Shown here: positions 1 through 10,524 of the stretch, one piece after another
Layout: every line of letters starts with the position of its first letter
Position numbering within the stretch: position 1 is the stretch's first letter
Assembly (NCBI GenBank): GCA_963720565.1
Contig: CAVRFW010000008.1
Coordinates: forward strand, 32,001 to 96,000
Length of the DNA stretch: 64,000 nucleotides
Origin: Candidatus Bathyarchaeota archaeon
GTDB taxonomy: Archaea; Thermoproteota; Bathyarchaeia; Bathyarchaeales; Bathycorpusculaceae
Direction of reading: 5' to 3'
Made by a program: the position numbers and the translations under genes
Notes under the pieces: generated by a model
The model's database searches: none
Seen by the model: only the letters and a program-made list of their open reading frames with translations
What the model was told of the DNA's origin: nothing

Positions 1-2127
1 CACTATAACCTTTGCCACACGGGAAATTCGAACTCAAAAGGACCTGAGATAAATCAAACTTTGTGGAAGTTTAACACAGGTGGCCAAGTTGGATCGCCCG
101 TCGTCTCTGGAGGTTTAGTTTACGTAGGTTCATATGACCGAAGAGTTTACGCATTCAACGCTTCCGACGGAACGATAAGATGGAATTACGTTACAGAAGG
201 CATCGTGATTTCTCGCCCCGCTGTAATCGACGGAATTGTTTATGTTGGTTCAGAAGACAACAACCTCTACGCTTTGAATGCGTCTAGCGGCATGCGTATA
301 TGGAACTACACAACGGGCTACTATGTGGATTCAGACCCGTTTCTCTATGATGGCAAAGTCTACTTTGGGTCAGAAGACGGAAACGTTTACGCCTTAGACG
401 CTTTGTCGGGAGCTCACCGATGGAACTACGCCACGGGTGGTCCAATAATGCTTTCCTCAACGGTCGTTAGCGATGGCACGGTCTACATCGGTTCATTGGA
501 CAGCAAAGTCTACGCCTTAAACGCAACAAATGGCAAACACATATGGAACTACACGACCGGGAACGAGGTAGTCTCTTCGCCAACTGTTGTAAAGGGCATA
601 GTCTACGTGGGTTCATCAGATGGCAAAGTCTACGCCTTAAACGCAACAAATGGCAAACACATATGGAACTACACGACTGGCGATAGCGTGTTTTCTTCTC
701 CTACCGTGGTTGCCGGTGTTGTTTATGTTGGATCGATTGATAACAGAGTTTACGCCTTAGACGCAACAAACGGTAAACACATATGGAACTACACGACGTC
801 GGGCAGCGTTTCTTCCTCTCCGGTTGTTGCTAACGGAATTGTTTACATTGGTTCTATGGATAACAAGATTTACGCTTTGGATGCCTTCAACGGCGAGCTC
901 GTTTGGAATTACGCAACCGGCGATTTCGTGATTTCTTGTGCCTCAGTTGCAGAGGGCATAGTGTACGCAGGTTCTTGGGATGGTAAGCTCTACGCTTTGA
1001 ACGCTTCCACCGGCGATCTTGAGTGGAATTACGCGACGGGCGGAAAAGTGGATTCCTCTCCAGCTGTCGCAGACGGAATAGTATATGTGGGCTCACATAA
1101 CGGTAAAGTGTACGCTCTTAACGCTTCCACCGGCATGATTGGCTTTGACTGGGAGCAACACAACGATGCAATATGGAGTTACACAACTGGAAGCTACATT
1201 CTGTTTTCTTCGCCAGCCGTTGCAGATGGAGTGGTTTATGTAGGCTCATATGACTACAAAGTCTACGCCCTAAACGTAACAACGGGAGCTTACTTGTGGT
1301 CTTATCCGACAGGCCGTCCCGTAGTGTCTTCCCCTGCAGTTGCTGATGGCATCGTTTACGTTGGCTCACAAGACCATAATATTTACGCCCTAAATGGTCT
1401 CAGCGGCGAACTATTGTGGAACTACACGACTGGAGATGTTATCATGGTTTCTTCCCCCGCCGTCGCCTACGGAAGAGTGTACATTGGCTCAAATGACTAC
1501 TATGTTTACGCGCTAAACGCTTCAAACGGAAACCTTGCCTGGAAATTTCCAACAGGAGGCTTTGTAGTTTCCTCGCCTGCCGTGGCGAACGGCTTAGTTT
1601 ATGTGGGATCATATGACCATACATTATATGCTTTGAATGCTTCCAGCGGAACTATGGTCTGGAAATACGCAACAAACGGCGAAATAGCATCTTCGCCAGG
1701 CATAGCCGATGGCGTAGTATATGTTGGCTCAGGAGACGACAACTTGTACGCTTTAGACGCTTCGACGGGCACAGTTGTTTGGAATTACGCAACAAACGGT
1801 GACGTTGCTTCTTCCCCTGCTATAGCAGACGGAATTGTATACGTTGGGTCCTATGATGGCGAGTTTTATGCCTTGAACGCTAGAACTGGCGCGTACTTAT
1901 GGAGTTACGATACTGGCGACATGGTAGTCTCTTCACCAGCCGTAGCCAACGGAACTGTTTATGTCGGTTCATATGACCACTTGATCTACGCGTTTGGTCC
2001 CTCAACCAGTGAACAGGGCAATACGGAACCTTTTCCGTGGACCGTGTTTTCACTGTTCTTAGGGGCGACCGCGTTGTCAGTTGTGCTGCTCGCCATAATA
2101 TTCTACAGAAGAAAACACCAAGAATAG
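1..2127 (+). CDS. PQQ-like (BamB/PQQ_2) beta-propeller repeat surface protein with C-terminal membrane anchor; 5'-truncated by window edge
   Basis: About 16 repeats of SSPxVxxGxVYxGSxDxxxYALNAxxGxxxWxY; frame open from base 1 (HYNLCHTGNSNSKGP...); C-terminus EPFP + hydrophobic helix + RRK. Confidence 0.9.
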   Translation, partial: HYNLCHTGNSNSKGPEINQTLWKFNTGGQVGSPVVSGGLVYVGSYDRRVYAFNASDGTIRWNYVTEGIVISRPAVIDGIVYVGSEDNNLYALNASSGMRIWNYTTGYYVDSDPFLYDGKVYFGSEDGNVYALDALSGAHRWNYATGGPIMLSSTVVSDGTVYIGSLDSKVYALNATNGKHIWNYTTGNEVVSSPTVVKGIVYVGSSDGKVYALNATNGKHIWNYTTGDSVFSSPTVVAGVVYVGSIDNRVYALDATNGKHIWNYTTSGSVSSSPVVANGIVYIGSMDNKIYALDAFNGELVWNYATGDFVISCASVAEGIVYAGSWDGKLYALNASTGDLEWNYATGGKVDSSPAVADGIVYVGSHNGKVYALNASTGMIGFDWEQHNDAIWSYTTGSYILFSSPAVADGVVYVGSYDYKVYALNVTTGAYLWSYPTGRPVVSSPAVADGIVYVGSQDHNIYALNGLSGELLWNYTTGDVIMVSSPAVAYGRVYIGSNDYYVYALNASNGNLAWKFPTGGFVVSSPAVANGLVYVGSYDHTLYALNASSGTMVWKYATNGEIASSPGIADGVVYVGSGDDNLYALDASTGTVVWNYATNGDVASSPAIADGIVYVGSYDGEFYALNARTGAYLWSYDTGDMVVSSPAVANGTVYVGSYDHLIYAFGPSTSEQGNTEPFPWTVFSLFLGATALSVVLLAIIFYRRKHQE
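503..797 (+). repeat. Near-identical 120-bp-period intragenic repeats of propeller blades
   Basis: 503-557 is identical to 623-677 (gcaaagtctacgccttaaacgcaacaaatggcaaacacatatggaactacacgac); third copy at 743-797 has a few substitutions. Confidence 0.85.
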
Positions 2128-2365
2128 TCTTAGAGCAATGTTTGCGTGCGGACATCCCGCGGGAAACTTGACGGTTTTTATGGCAAAACTATCGATCTGT
2201 CAAAACAGCCCCCCCAAAAAAACCAAAACATGTCTCGGGCATTGTTCGGTCAAAGCTTATTAGTTCGCAGAAAGTTAAAATTGCCCAGCGATGTTAAACA
2301 AAACCTCGTCAAAACGTAACAGGATAACTAATCTCGCTCTGAAAAATAAAGCCAGCTGATAAACT

Positions 2366-3772
2366 ATGGAAAAACCAAACAAGCCAAAGGTAGCACTTGT
2401 AAACACTCCGCTCATAGAGGGAATTGGTCACCACCCGCTTTTTCCTCCCCTGGGCTTAGCGTACATAGCAGCTGTGCTAGAGAAGAACGAGTTCGAAGTG
2501 AGAATAATTGATTGCCCAGTTTACGGAATAAACCATGATAAACTCAAGTCGGAACTAGCTTCTTTCAATCCCGCAATAGTTGGGGTTGGATCGATGACTC
2601 CGACAATAGAGTCAGCCCTGAAATCTGCCCGAGTAGCCAAGGAAGCATGCCCAGACACAATAGTCGTCATGGGTGGACCGCACGCTACCTTCATGGGTAG
2701 GCAGATTCTTTCCGACGAGCCAGCAGTAGATTTTATTGTTAGGGGTGAAGGGGAGGAAACACTGCTAGAACTGGCTCAAAAGTTACTTGCTAGGCGGTCC
2801 CTCGAGGAAGTCAAAGGCATAGTCTTCAGGAAAGATGGCCAGATTGCGGAGACGCTCGCTAGACCCTTCATTCAGGATCTGGACGCTTTGCCTCGTCCCG
2901 CTTACCACCTTCTGCCAATTGACATGTATCGCATTCATGGTCGAAAGCTACTCCCAATAATGAGCAGCAGGGGATGCCCTTTTCAATGCTCTTTCTGCGT
3001 TGCAAGCCAGATGTTTGGAGCTGGATTCAGGGGAAGAAGCCCAGAGAACGTGCTTGACGAGCTTGAGTGGTTGAGAGACGAGTACGGAGCCGAGGCAGTG
3101 ACTTTTCAAGATGACACCTTAACATTTAGCAGGCAAAGGATACTTGACATTTGTGATGGAATTTTAGAGAGGGACCTGAAGCTTGCCTGGGGTTGTGGAA
3201 CCAGAGCCGACGTCGTTACCAAAGAAGTCTTGGCCAAGATGAGAAAGGCACACTGCAACGAGGTGTGTTTCGGCGTAGAATCTGGCTGTCAAAGAATCCG
3301 CGACGCCCTTAAGAAGAAAGTCACAACTGAACAGTGCGAAAACGCAATCAAATGGGCAAAAGAAGCAGGCATATTCGTGACCGTTTCCGTGATTCTGGGA
3401 TATCCTGGAGAAACAAAAGAAACATTGGAGCAGACTCTTGATTTCGTCCGCAAGGTAGAACCTGATGATGTCTACTTATGTCACGCTACTCCCTATCCCG
3501 GAACAGAATTACGTGCCTTAGTGGAGAGAAACGGGTGGAAAATGGTTGAAGACTGGACTCTCTACAACACTATGAATCCTATCTTTGAAGACCCACTTTT
3601 GCCTGCGGAGGAGATTACGAAAATGAGAAAGGCTTTCTACAACAAGTTCTATTCTCCACAGTATGTCCTCCGCCAATTCGTAAAAGGTTACATTAAGGGT
3701 AATTTGTACAGTAAAATTATGGCGCGAACCTCTGCGAATTACTTGCTCTGGCGACTCAAATCCGGGGAATAA
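2366..3772 (+). CDS. Cobalamin-binding (class B) radical SAM protein
   Basis: N-terminal B12-binding domain (PPLGLAYIAA, GGPHAT, RGEGE), SRGCPFQCSFC motif, GVESG. Confidence 0.9.
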   Translation: MEKPNKPKVALVNTPLIEGIGHHPLFPPLGLAYIAAVLEKNEFEVRIIDCPVYGINHDKLKSELASFNPAIVGVGSMTPTIESALKSARVAKEACPDTIVVMGGPHATFMGRQILSDEPAVDFIVRGEGEETLLELAQKLLARRSLEEVKGIVFRKDGQIAETLARPFIQDLDALPRPAYHLLPIDMYRIHGRKLLPIMSSRGCPFQCSFCVASQMFGAGFRGRSPENVLDELEWLRDEYGAEAVTFQDDTLTFSRQRILDICDGILERDLKLAWGCGTRADVVTKEVLAKMRKAHCNEVCFGVESGCQRIRDALKKKVTTEQCENAIKWAKEAGIFVTVSVILGYPGETKETLEQTLDFVRKVEPDDVYLCHATPYPGTELRALVERNGWKMVEDWTLYNTMNPIFEDPLLPAEEITKMRKAFYNKFYSPQYVLRQFVKGYIKGNLYSKIMARTSANYLLWRLKSGE

Positions 3773-3924
3773 ACTTCGACATTTACGTCCGCAGCCCAGA
3801 AAATTTTCCGACCGAAAAAAAGGTAACCTCAACATCCAATCGAAAGAGCGAAAGAAAACGGGATCTGACGGAAACTTTATTACGTTATCGAACGGTTTCT
3901 AAACCTGCAAACTGAGGAAAGATA

Positions 3925-5226
3925 ATGGAAAAAGGTGTTCCTGAGGCAATCAAACCCGATGCTTACGATTCAAGGTCAAACTGGCCGCCGTACACATACC
4001 GCGATTACCCAGACATCAACCTTGAAACCTACGAGGCATTTATGGAATTTCTGACGACGGAAAACACATCGAAAAGACTGATGGAGTTACAACCGTGGAT
4101 ATCAATATGCGACTCCAGATGCGCTTTCTGCTATTTCCCGACCACAGCCACCACAAAAATACGGATAGAACCATACCTTGACACCTTGAAGAAAGAACTC
4201 GAAATGTACGCTAAAACAAAATACGTTAAAACGAGTGTTTTCGACGAAATCGTGCTCGGAGGAGGAACCCCCAGCGTGCTCGCCGCTGAGCAGATGATTG
4301 ACCTTATAGAATTCTGCAAAGCACGATTCAACATTAACGACGAGTACTTCATCAAAGTCACAGGCTCATCGAAGACACTAGCACTTGAGAAAATCAACAA
4401 ACTTGCCGCCTACGGCGTCTACCAGATGGACATGGGCGCACAAACCTTCGATGATAAACTTAGAAAGACAATGTGTTTACCTGACTCAACTGCCAGCGTT
4501 GAAAAAGCTATACGCCACGCCAAGAAACTGGGCTTATGCGTATGCGTGGACCTCATGTACAATCTTCCAGGCCAAACCATGCAAAGTTGGATAGACACAT
4601 TGAAGAAAGCCGTCGAATTGGATGTTGAGATCGACGCTTATTCATTGCATGTTGATCCGGGCACACCGCTTGAGAAAATGATCGAGAAAGGAGTGTCGCC
4701 TCCGCAGGGAGATGCTGAATACGAGAAGCAAATGTACCTTGCGGCATATAATCTATTGACTGAAGCAGGATACAAGGCCGTGGGACACGACCGTTACAGT
4801 CGAGTAGAATGGCACATGAGAGAAAACTGCCTGAACGGTTGGCCATGGGGGGGAATACTCACCACCGGAGCAGGCTGCTTCATGGGATACCTACAAAGAT
4901 TTTCGTATTCTAACTTAGAAGACATAAATCAGTACATGGAAACCGTCAAAACTGGAAAACTACCCATCAACAGACTATCAGAATCCACAGACGACGAGAT
5001 GATGCGAAGGGAAATGAGCAGGCTGTACTTGCGGCTGCCAGTAAGCAAGCAGGAGTTCATGGAGAAATTCGGGAGAATACCTGAGGAGGTTTTCCCGCAA
5101 CAACTTCAAAAACTAAAAGAGAAAGGCCTCATAGAAATTGACGACAAAGAAGTCAGGATAACAAAACTGGGCGAAGTCTGGAAAGGCAATATTGCCTGGG
5201 AGTTTGCGGAAAAGAACACGAACTGA
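3925..5226 (+). CDS. HemN/HemW-like radical SAM protein
   Basis: CDSRCAFC, GGGTPS, DLMYNLPGQT, HemN_C-like C-terminal domain. Confidence 0.85.
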   Translation: MEKGVPEAIKPDAYDSRSNWPPYTYRDYPDINLETYEAFMEFLTTENTSKRLMELQPWISICDSRCAFCYFPTTATTKIRIEPYLDTLKKELEMYAKTKYVKTSVFDEIVLGGGTPSVLAAEQMIDLIEFCKARFNINDEYFIKVTGSSKTLALEKINKLAAYGVYQMDMGAQTFDDKLRKTMCLPDSTASVEKAIRHAKKLGLCVCVDLMYNLPGQTMQSWIDTLKKAVELDVEIDAYSLHVDPGTPLEKMIEKGVSPPQGDAEYEKQMYLAAYNLLTEAGYKAVGHDRYSRVEWHMRENCLNGWPWGGILTTGAGCFMGYLQRFSYSNLEDINQYMETVKTGKLPINRLSESTDDEMMRREMSRLYLRLPVSKQEFMEKFGRIPEEVFPQQLQKLKEKGLIEIDDKEVRITKLGEVWKGNIAWEFAEKNTN

Positions 5227-5385
5227 CAAATGCTGAATTTCGCATTCTGCCACGCTTTTCCGTTCAAAAGAACAAGAACAATCAGATTCATGATTTAACT
5301 GGTCTCTAAAAGATTAGTTCTGATGTTCAATGAAGTTTAGAAGCTGATTGATTTCTAAAAAAACTAAAAAAAGGGTAAGGTGATT

Positions 5386-6018
5386 TTAAGAGTGTCCGCC
5401 GCCGAGTCCGTACCAAGTGAAGACTTTAGCAATGACAGGTATTAGAATTCCAAGAATTACTTGTGGGAGCATCGTCAAGAAGAACGAGTATGCTGGATCT
5501 GCAGTAGCCATGTTTCGGCTTACTTCAATTGCCAACGCAATGTTAACCATGAACATAATTAGACCAGTGGCTATTGACGCGGTTAGACCTGCTCCTAGCA
5601 TTCGCTTGAGTTTGGTAGACTTGTTGTTCAAAGCGCCACCAACGTAGCCCATCAATATTCCAGTCACTATGTACACGATCAAGCTTGCATCTGCATAGAA
5701 GTTCACTGTCATTCCATATTGAAGGTAGGTGACAGTAGAGTAGCCAGCCATGCCAAGGTAGTAGAGTGTTCCCATTATGAAACCGGCAGCACCGCCTGCC
5801 CATTTGTTCCAAATCAAGCCCAAAAGCAAAGGAACACCGAAAAGAATCATTTGCGCGAAGCCGAATGTGAGTATGTGGGGTATTGGCGAGTCCATTGGCA
5901 AGTTAGTCACAAGAAAGCCTCGAATTACCGTTGCAAAAGCGACGATCACTAGACCAATAATTATTGGGAGAACAGCACCGTAGAGTATGTCAGACATTTT
6001 GAATTTTTCTGTTTCCAT
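5386..6018 (-). CDS. Multi-pass membrane protein, possibly ECF S-component-like
   Basis: 210 aa, about 6 hydrophobic helices, LLLGLIWNKWAGGAAGFIMG segment; function inferred. Confidence 0.6.
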   Translation of the reverse strand: METEKFKMSDILYGAVLPIIIGLVIVAFATVIRGFLVTNLPMDSPIPHILTFGFAQMILFGVPLLLGLIWNKWAGGAAGFIMGTLYYLGMAGYSTVTYLQYGMTVNFYADASLIVYIVTGILMGYVGGALNNKSTKLKRMLGAGLTASIATGLIMFMVNIALAIEVSRNMATADPAYSFFLTMLPQVILGILIPVIAKVFTWYGLGGGHS

Positions 6019-6332
6019 CGATTTTCACCGTTTTCATATTACGCTTGCACATGTTAATAAATTTAATCCCCATATTCGAAAGCTCATTTCAGTTACACAA
6101 AATAACGCAACACTATTAGCAAGTATTGATTGCAGGCTATCCGTCGAGAGAATCGAATATGGAGGAAAGCAAATTTTCCATGCCTTCGTTTTATCTTGAA
6201 AAACAATATGACCGAATGCATACTAAGGATGCGCCCCTGAGGCCTCCCACTCAGACAATTCAGTCAGAAAGCACAGAATAATCGATACAAATAAATTTTT
6301 CACCACACTCAGAAATGTAGCTATCTCCAAAG

Positions 6333-7319
6333 GTGAAATGTATCCTAACCGCGCTGATGTCTTTTGCAGTTCTGGTCTTAGCCATTGCATTAGATGTTGT
6401 TCTTGGTGACCCTTCTCCAAACTATCCTGAAAAACTCGGTTTCAAACTGCACCCGACCGTGCTAATGGGCAGATTCACCAAAGCCCTTGAGCCCCACTTG
6501 AAAAGCGCAAACCCTAAGACAGCAAAAATAAAAGGTGCAATTTTAGCCTTGACGGTGATACTTGTCTTCACGGTTCCCGTTTTTCTCTGTTTGTGGGCTC
6601 TCTACGTATTCGCAGGCGTCTTCATTTATGCCTTGTTTGCCATCATCCTCTTGAAGTTTACCATATGCATAAAGCTTGAAACTGACTGGGCGAAAGCTGC
6701 TGCTAAAGCCATTCAACAGAATGACCTGGCTGAAGCAAGAAAGTACGGGCACTTCAGCCGAAGAGACAACAAAGACTTGACTGGCGCACAAATCAGTTCT
6801 GCAGTCATTGAATCCATGGCCGAAAACCTAATAGATTTCAAGCTAAGCCCCATTCTCAGTTACGCGTTTCTGGGGGTTACGGGCGCGTTTGCTTTCAGAG
6901 CTATCAACACGCTCGATGGCATGGTTGGCTTCAAAGACAGTGAGCACATTAACACTGGTTGGTTTAGCGCAAACCTAGACCACATAGTTAACTTCGTGCC
7001 TTCCCGCTTAACAGGCATCTTGATTGTTGCTGCCGCAGCGGTTCTAGGTGAAGACTACAAGAATGCCTGGGTGATTGCACGCCGTGACCATTCGAAAACC
7101 CAGAGTAGGAACCATGGTTGGCCTATGGCAGCTATGGCTGGAGCCTTGCGTGTCCAGTTGGAAAAACCAGGGCGGTATGTTCTTGGAGACCAGACTGATT
7201 TGCTTTCTTCTGACAAAATACTGCTCGCACTGAGAATCCGAAACGGTGCAATAATTCTCTGCATACTGCTAAGCCTGCCCATAATCTTGCTTACGCGATG
7301 GTGCTTCTTCCCTTTCTAG
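6333..7319 (+). CDS. cbiB: Adenosylcobinamide-phosphate synthase CbiB/CobD
   Basis: LDVVLGDP, HP, ESMAEN, RAINTLDGMVG, GWFSANLD, GWPMAAMAGAL motifs. Confidence 0.92.
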   Translation: MKCILTALMSFAVLVLAIALDVVLGDPSPNYPEKLGFKLHPTVLMGRFTKALEPHLKSANPKTAKIKGAILALTVILVFTVPVFLCLWALYVFAGVFIYALFAIILLKFTICIKLETDWAKAAAKAIQQNDLAEARKYGHFSRRDNKDLTGAQISSAVIESMAENLIDFKLSPILSYAFLGVTGAFAFRAINTLDGMVGFKDSEHINTGWFSANLDHIVNFVPSRLTGILIVAAAAVLGEDYKNAWVIARRDHSKTQSRNHGWPMAAMAGALRVQLEKPGRYVLGDQTDLLSSDKILLALRIRNGAIILCILLSLPIILLTRWCFFPF

Positions 7320-7482
7320 ACAAGGCACTCGCTTTTAACGCCATAAAAGAAGAGAGTGCAAGAAGTATTTTGAAGCTGTTTTTCTCATTGATTTCGGTTT
7401 TCGCATTCTGTGTTTGGGCTACGAAACATTTAAGCCTCGAACGTTTGTGTATTTGTGGAATAATTAACATAAGTGACGAAGA

Positions 7483-8877
7483 ATGAAGCCGCATGTGACT
7501 CTAGTTAATCCAGCTGCTCCGAGCGGAGCTACAATGCATTTGCCTTTCGCGTTGCTGGGTTTGGGGTATCTGGCGGCGGTTTTGGAGAAGAATCAGTACA
7601 ATGTTGATGTGATTGACTGTCAGGTTCTCAAACTTTCAATGGAAGAATTCCGAACCGAGATAGGCAAACGGCAACCCGACATAGTCGGATTTACTTCGAC
7701 GACGCTCACCTACCAGTCTGCGATAAAGCTAACAAAGATAGCCAAAGAAGCCTGCCCAAATTGTGTGACAGCTTTGGGTGGACCTCATGTTACTTTCTGG
7801 GACGACAAAGCCTTAGATGAATGTCCAGAATTGGATATTGTCGTGAGGCGAGAGGGCGAAAACACGTTTTTGGAGATAGTTCAGAGAATAGAAGCCGGAA
7901 AGAGCTATCATGATGTGGTAGGCACAACTTGCAGAAAAAATGGTAAGATTGTAAGGAATCCGGATAGACCATACATAGAGAATTTGGATGAGCTTCCGTT
8001 CCCTGCGCGGCACCTCTGGCCTTTGGAGAGACTGAGAGAGTATGAGGATATTCTCTACTTGGCGATGAGCAGAGGCTGCGTCTTTTGGTGTGAATTCTGT
8101 GCGACAGTCAGAATGCATGGACGAAAATACCGCATGAGAAGCGCAAAAAACGTGGCGGACGAGTTAGAGTACCTTCACAAGACGTTCAACGTAGACAAGT
8201 TTACGTTTTGCGACGACGCATTCACCGTTGACCAAGCTAGAACTGAAGAATTGTGCAGGGAGATCATGAAAAGGGGATTGAAGATTCAGTGGAACTGCGG
8301 AACTCGAGTGGACATGATTACAAAGGAACTGCTTCTTAAGATGAAGGAGGCAGGTTGCATCTCCGTTTGGTTTGGGGTCGAATCAGGAACCCAGCAGGTT
8401 CTTGATTCCATGCACAAAGGAATTTCAACTGAACAAACGATTAGAAGCCTTGCGCTGGTTAGAGAGGCAGGGCTGAAACCGGTTCCGAACGTGATTCTCG
8501 GCTTCCCCGGAGAGACTAAGGAAACCGCCTGGAAAACCATAAAGTTTGTAGAGAAAATAAGCCCAGATGACGTGGGTTTTTATAATGTTGCAACGCCTTT
8601 TCCAGGAACACCACTGTACGATTTAGTCAAAGAGAAAGGGTGGCTGAAAGTAACTGACTTCGACAAATATGACACCACGACACCCATTTTTGAAACTCCC
8701 TGGCTCAGCATGAGCGAACTTGGAAAACTGCGAGAGGCAGCCTTTCACCATTTCTACCTGCGACCGGGCTATTTTGTCAATAATTTTCGAAAGCGCAGTT
8801 TCTGGACACTCTCAACAGCCCTCACGATTCTAGCCCATCTAAAAGGTTCATTACAACTAAAACTAAGACCTAACTAG
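7483..8877 (+). CDS. Cobalamin-binding (class B) radical SAM protein, paralog of 2366-3772
   Basis: LGLGYLAAVL, GGPHVT, REGE, SRGCVFWCEFC, GVESG. Confidence 0.9.
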   Translation: MKPHVTLVNPAAPSGATMHLPFALLGLGYLAAVLEKNQYNVDVIDCQVLKLSMEEFRTEIGKRQPDIVGFTSTTLTYQSAIKLTKIAKEACPNCVTALGGPHVTFWDDKALDECPELDIVVRREGENTFLEIVQRIEAGKSYHDVVGTTCRKNGKIVRNPDRPYIENLDELPFPARHLWPLERLREYEDILYLAMSRGCVFWCEFCATVRMHGRKYRMRSAKNVADELEYLHKTFNVDKFTFCDDAFTVDQARTEELCREIMKRGLKIQWNCGTRVDMITKELLLKMKEAGCISVWFGVESGTQQVLDSMHKGISTEQTIRSLALVREAGLKPVPNVILGFPGETKETAWKTIKFVEKISPDDVGFYNVATPFPGTPLYDLVKEKGWLKVTDFDKYDTTTPIFETPWLSMSELGKLREAAFHHFYLRPGYFVNNFRKRSFWTLSTALTILAHLKGSLQLKLRPN

Positions 8878-9086
8878 CCACACGGCAGATAGAAAAGACG
8901 CGTGGTTTTCTAAACCAAAGTTGACGACGAAAAGAGAGCACTTTTTTCAAAATAGTCTCTTTCAAAAATATGATCTGCCTTCAACTCCGCTTTGAAAACT
9001 GTTAGCACAGCCAAAACACTGCAAACAAACGTGAATCTGCTTCCAAGGGAACTATCTTTGAATGTATGTTAAATGCAGATTCGCTT

Positions 9087-9103
9087 GAGAAAATCTTATA
9101 AAA
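9087..9103 (+). promoter_or_regulatory. Putative BRE/TATA promoter
   Basis: gagaaaat-cttataaaa about 50 bp upstream of the rnfD-like start. Confidence 0.45.
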
Positions 9104-9153
9104 CCCCCCAGACTAGATTGAAACCAGATTAAATCGAGGAGAAATTGCAAAAA

Positions 9154-10524
9154 ATGTCGAAACCAAAGGAATACGCTTCTATGACCAAAGACAAACTTAT
9201 GACATACACTTTTGGAGCTCTCATAGTACTCGCAGTAATTTCAGCTGTTATGTGGTCTCAAGTTACACCGATAGACGCATTGACCGGTCAACCACTCATG
9301 AACCTGGGACTCACTGTTGCCATTGTTTGCCTAATAGCTGTTGGAGTAGCAGTCGGAACAGACTTCTTCCTCTACAAAGTTGTATCTGACAGCCCTCTAA
9401 ACACCATGTCTGCAGCGGTCTTCGGCTTGATTGTTGCTCTCTCATACAGCCTTGGCATTCCCATAATGGCTCGTGTTGACGTTGATGCATCTGCGTTAGG
9501 AGTTGCGGCTGCACCAGGAGCATTCATCTATGTTGCTCTAATATCTTTCATCGGTCTGGTGCTTTTTAAGAAAGTATTCAGGGGACGCGTAAACCCAGCT
9601 GCAGCAGCAAAACTCATAGTCTTGCTACCATTCATAAACAGTGCGTTTCTAGCCAAGGAACACTTCGCCACATTGGAAGGGGGAGGACTAAGCATGCCTC
9701 TGCTGGCAGGGCCCATAGGCCGTGAAGTAATTGGAAATAACGGACTTATCTCGTTTGTTGAATACTTGCAGGGATGCTATGACCTTCCAAGCGCAACAAC
9801 TTATGCTGACTTTAACTGGCTAATGATTGTTCAGAAGTTTCACGGATGGGTTGGCGGCGCTTCAGGCATAGCTGTAATAATCGTCGGCATAGCTTTGTTC
9901 GTTCTTGCTCGCAGATTCATCAAATGGAGAATCACATTGACATACTTTGCATCTGTAGCTTTAATGGCATTGCTCATGGCAGTAGTTTACGGAGGAGCGA
10001 TCGACGTAAGGCTTCTGTTCTCACTATTCGTAGGCAGCTCAATATTTCTAGGATTCTTCATGGCAACCGACCCTGCAACCACGCCGCTAACGTATAAAGG
10101 ACAGCTCTTATTTGGCGTTGGAGTAGGCGTTTTAACAGTGCTGATTCAGACGTACATGAACTTCTTTGGCGGTTCGATTCTAGCATTGGTAATAATGAAC
10201 CTGTTTTCGCCGCTAATAGACAGAGTTGGAAAACTAAAGCCCAGAGTAGAGAAGAAAGAGCCAAAACTGCCCAAGGCAAAAACGTTTACCACCGTCAAGA
10301 CCTACGACTGTATGAAATGCGGTGCATGCCTGCGCGTTTGCTGCCACAATTTGAGCCCAATCTACATCAAGGAAGCATTTGACAAGATGAACGTCGAAAA
10401 AATGTCCAAACTCAATGCGGACTACTGTACAGGATGCGGACACTGCAGTTATGTATGCCCATCTAGAATCGACTTGAAGGGAAGCGTACTCAGAGCAAAA
10501 TCAATGTTGCGTGGAAGCGCATAA
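9154..10524 (+). CDS. rnfD: RnfD/NqrB-family membrane protein fused to RnfC-like 2x[4Fe-4S] C-terminal domain
   Basis: NPAAAAK, HGWVGGAS, IKWRI, FFMATDPATTP; C-terminus CMKCGACLRVC and CTGCGHCSYVCPSRIDL; ATG at 9154 preferred over TTG at 9145. Confidence 0.85.
   Translation: MSKPKEYASMTKDKLMTYTFGALIVLAVISAVMWSQVTPIDALTGQPLMNLGLTVAIVCLIAVGVAVGTDFFLYKVVSDSPLNTMSAAVFGLIVALSYSLGIPIMARVDVDASALGVAAAPGAFIYVALISFIGLVLFKKVFRGRVNPAAAAKLIVLLPFINSAFLAKEHFATLEGGGLSMPLLAGPIGREVIGNNGLISFVEYLQGCYDLPSATTYADFNWLMIVQKFHGWVGGASGIAVIIVGIALFVLARRFIKWRITLTYFASVALMALLMAVVYGGAIDVRLLFSLFVGSSIFLGFFMATDPATTPLTYKGQLLFGVGVGVLTVLIQTYMNFFGGSILALVIMNLFSPLIDRVGKLKPRVEKKEPKLPKAKTFTTVKTYDCMKCGACLRVCCHNLSPIYIKEAFDKMNVEKMSKLNADYCTGCGHCSYVCPSRIDLKGSVLRAKSMLRGSA

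Noticed and set aside
61..2000. CRISPR-like array
   Set aside because: The 120-bp periodicity is in-frame protein repeat coding, not repeat-spacer structure
3925..5226. Assigning hemN as a true coproporphyrinogen dehydrogenase
   Set aside because: The family contains many non-HemN functions and there is no heme pathway context
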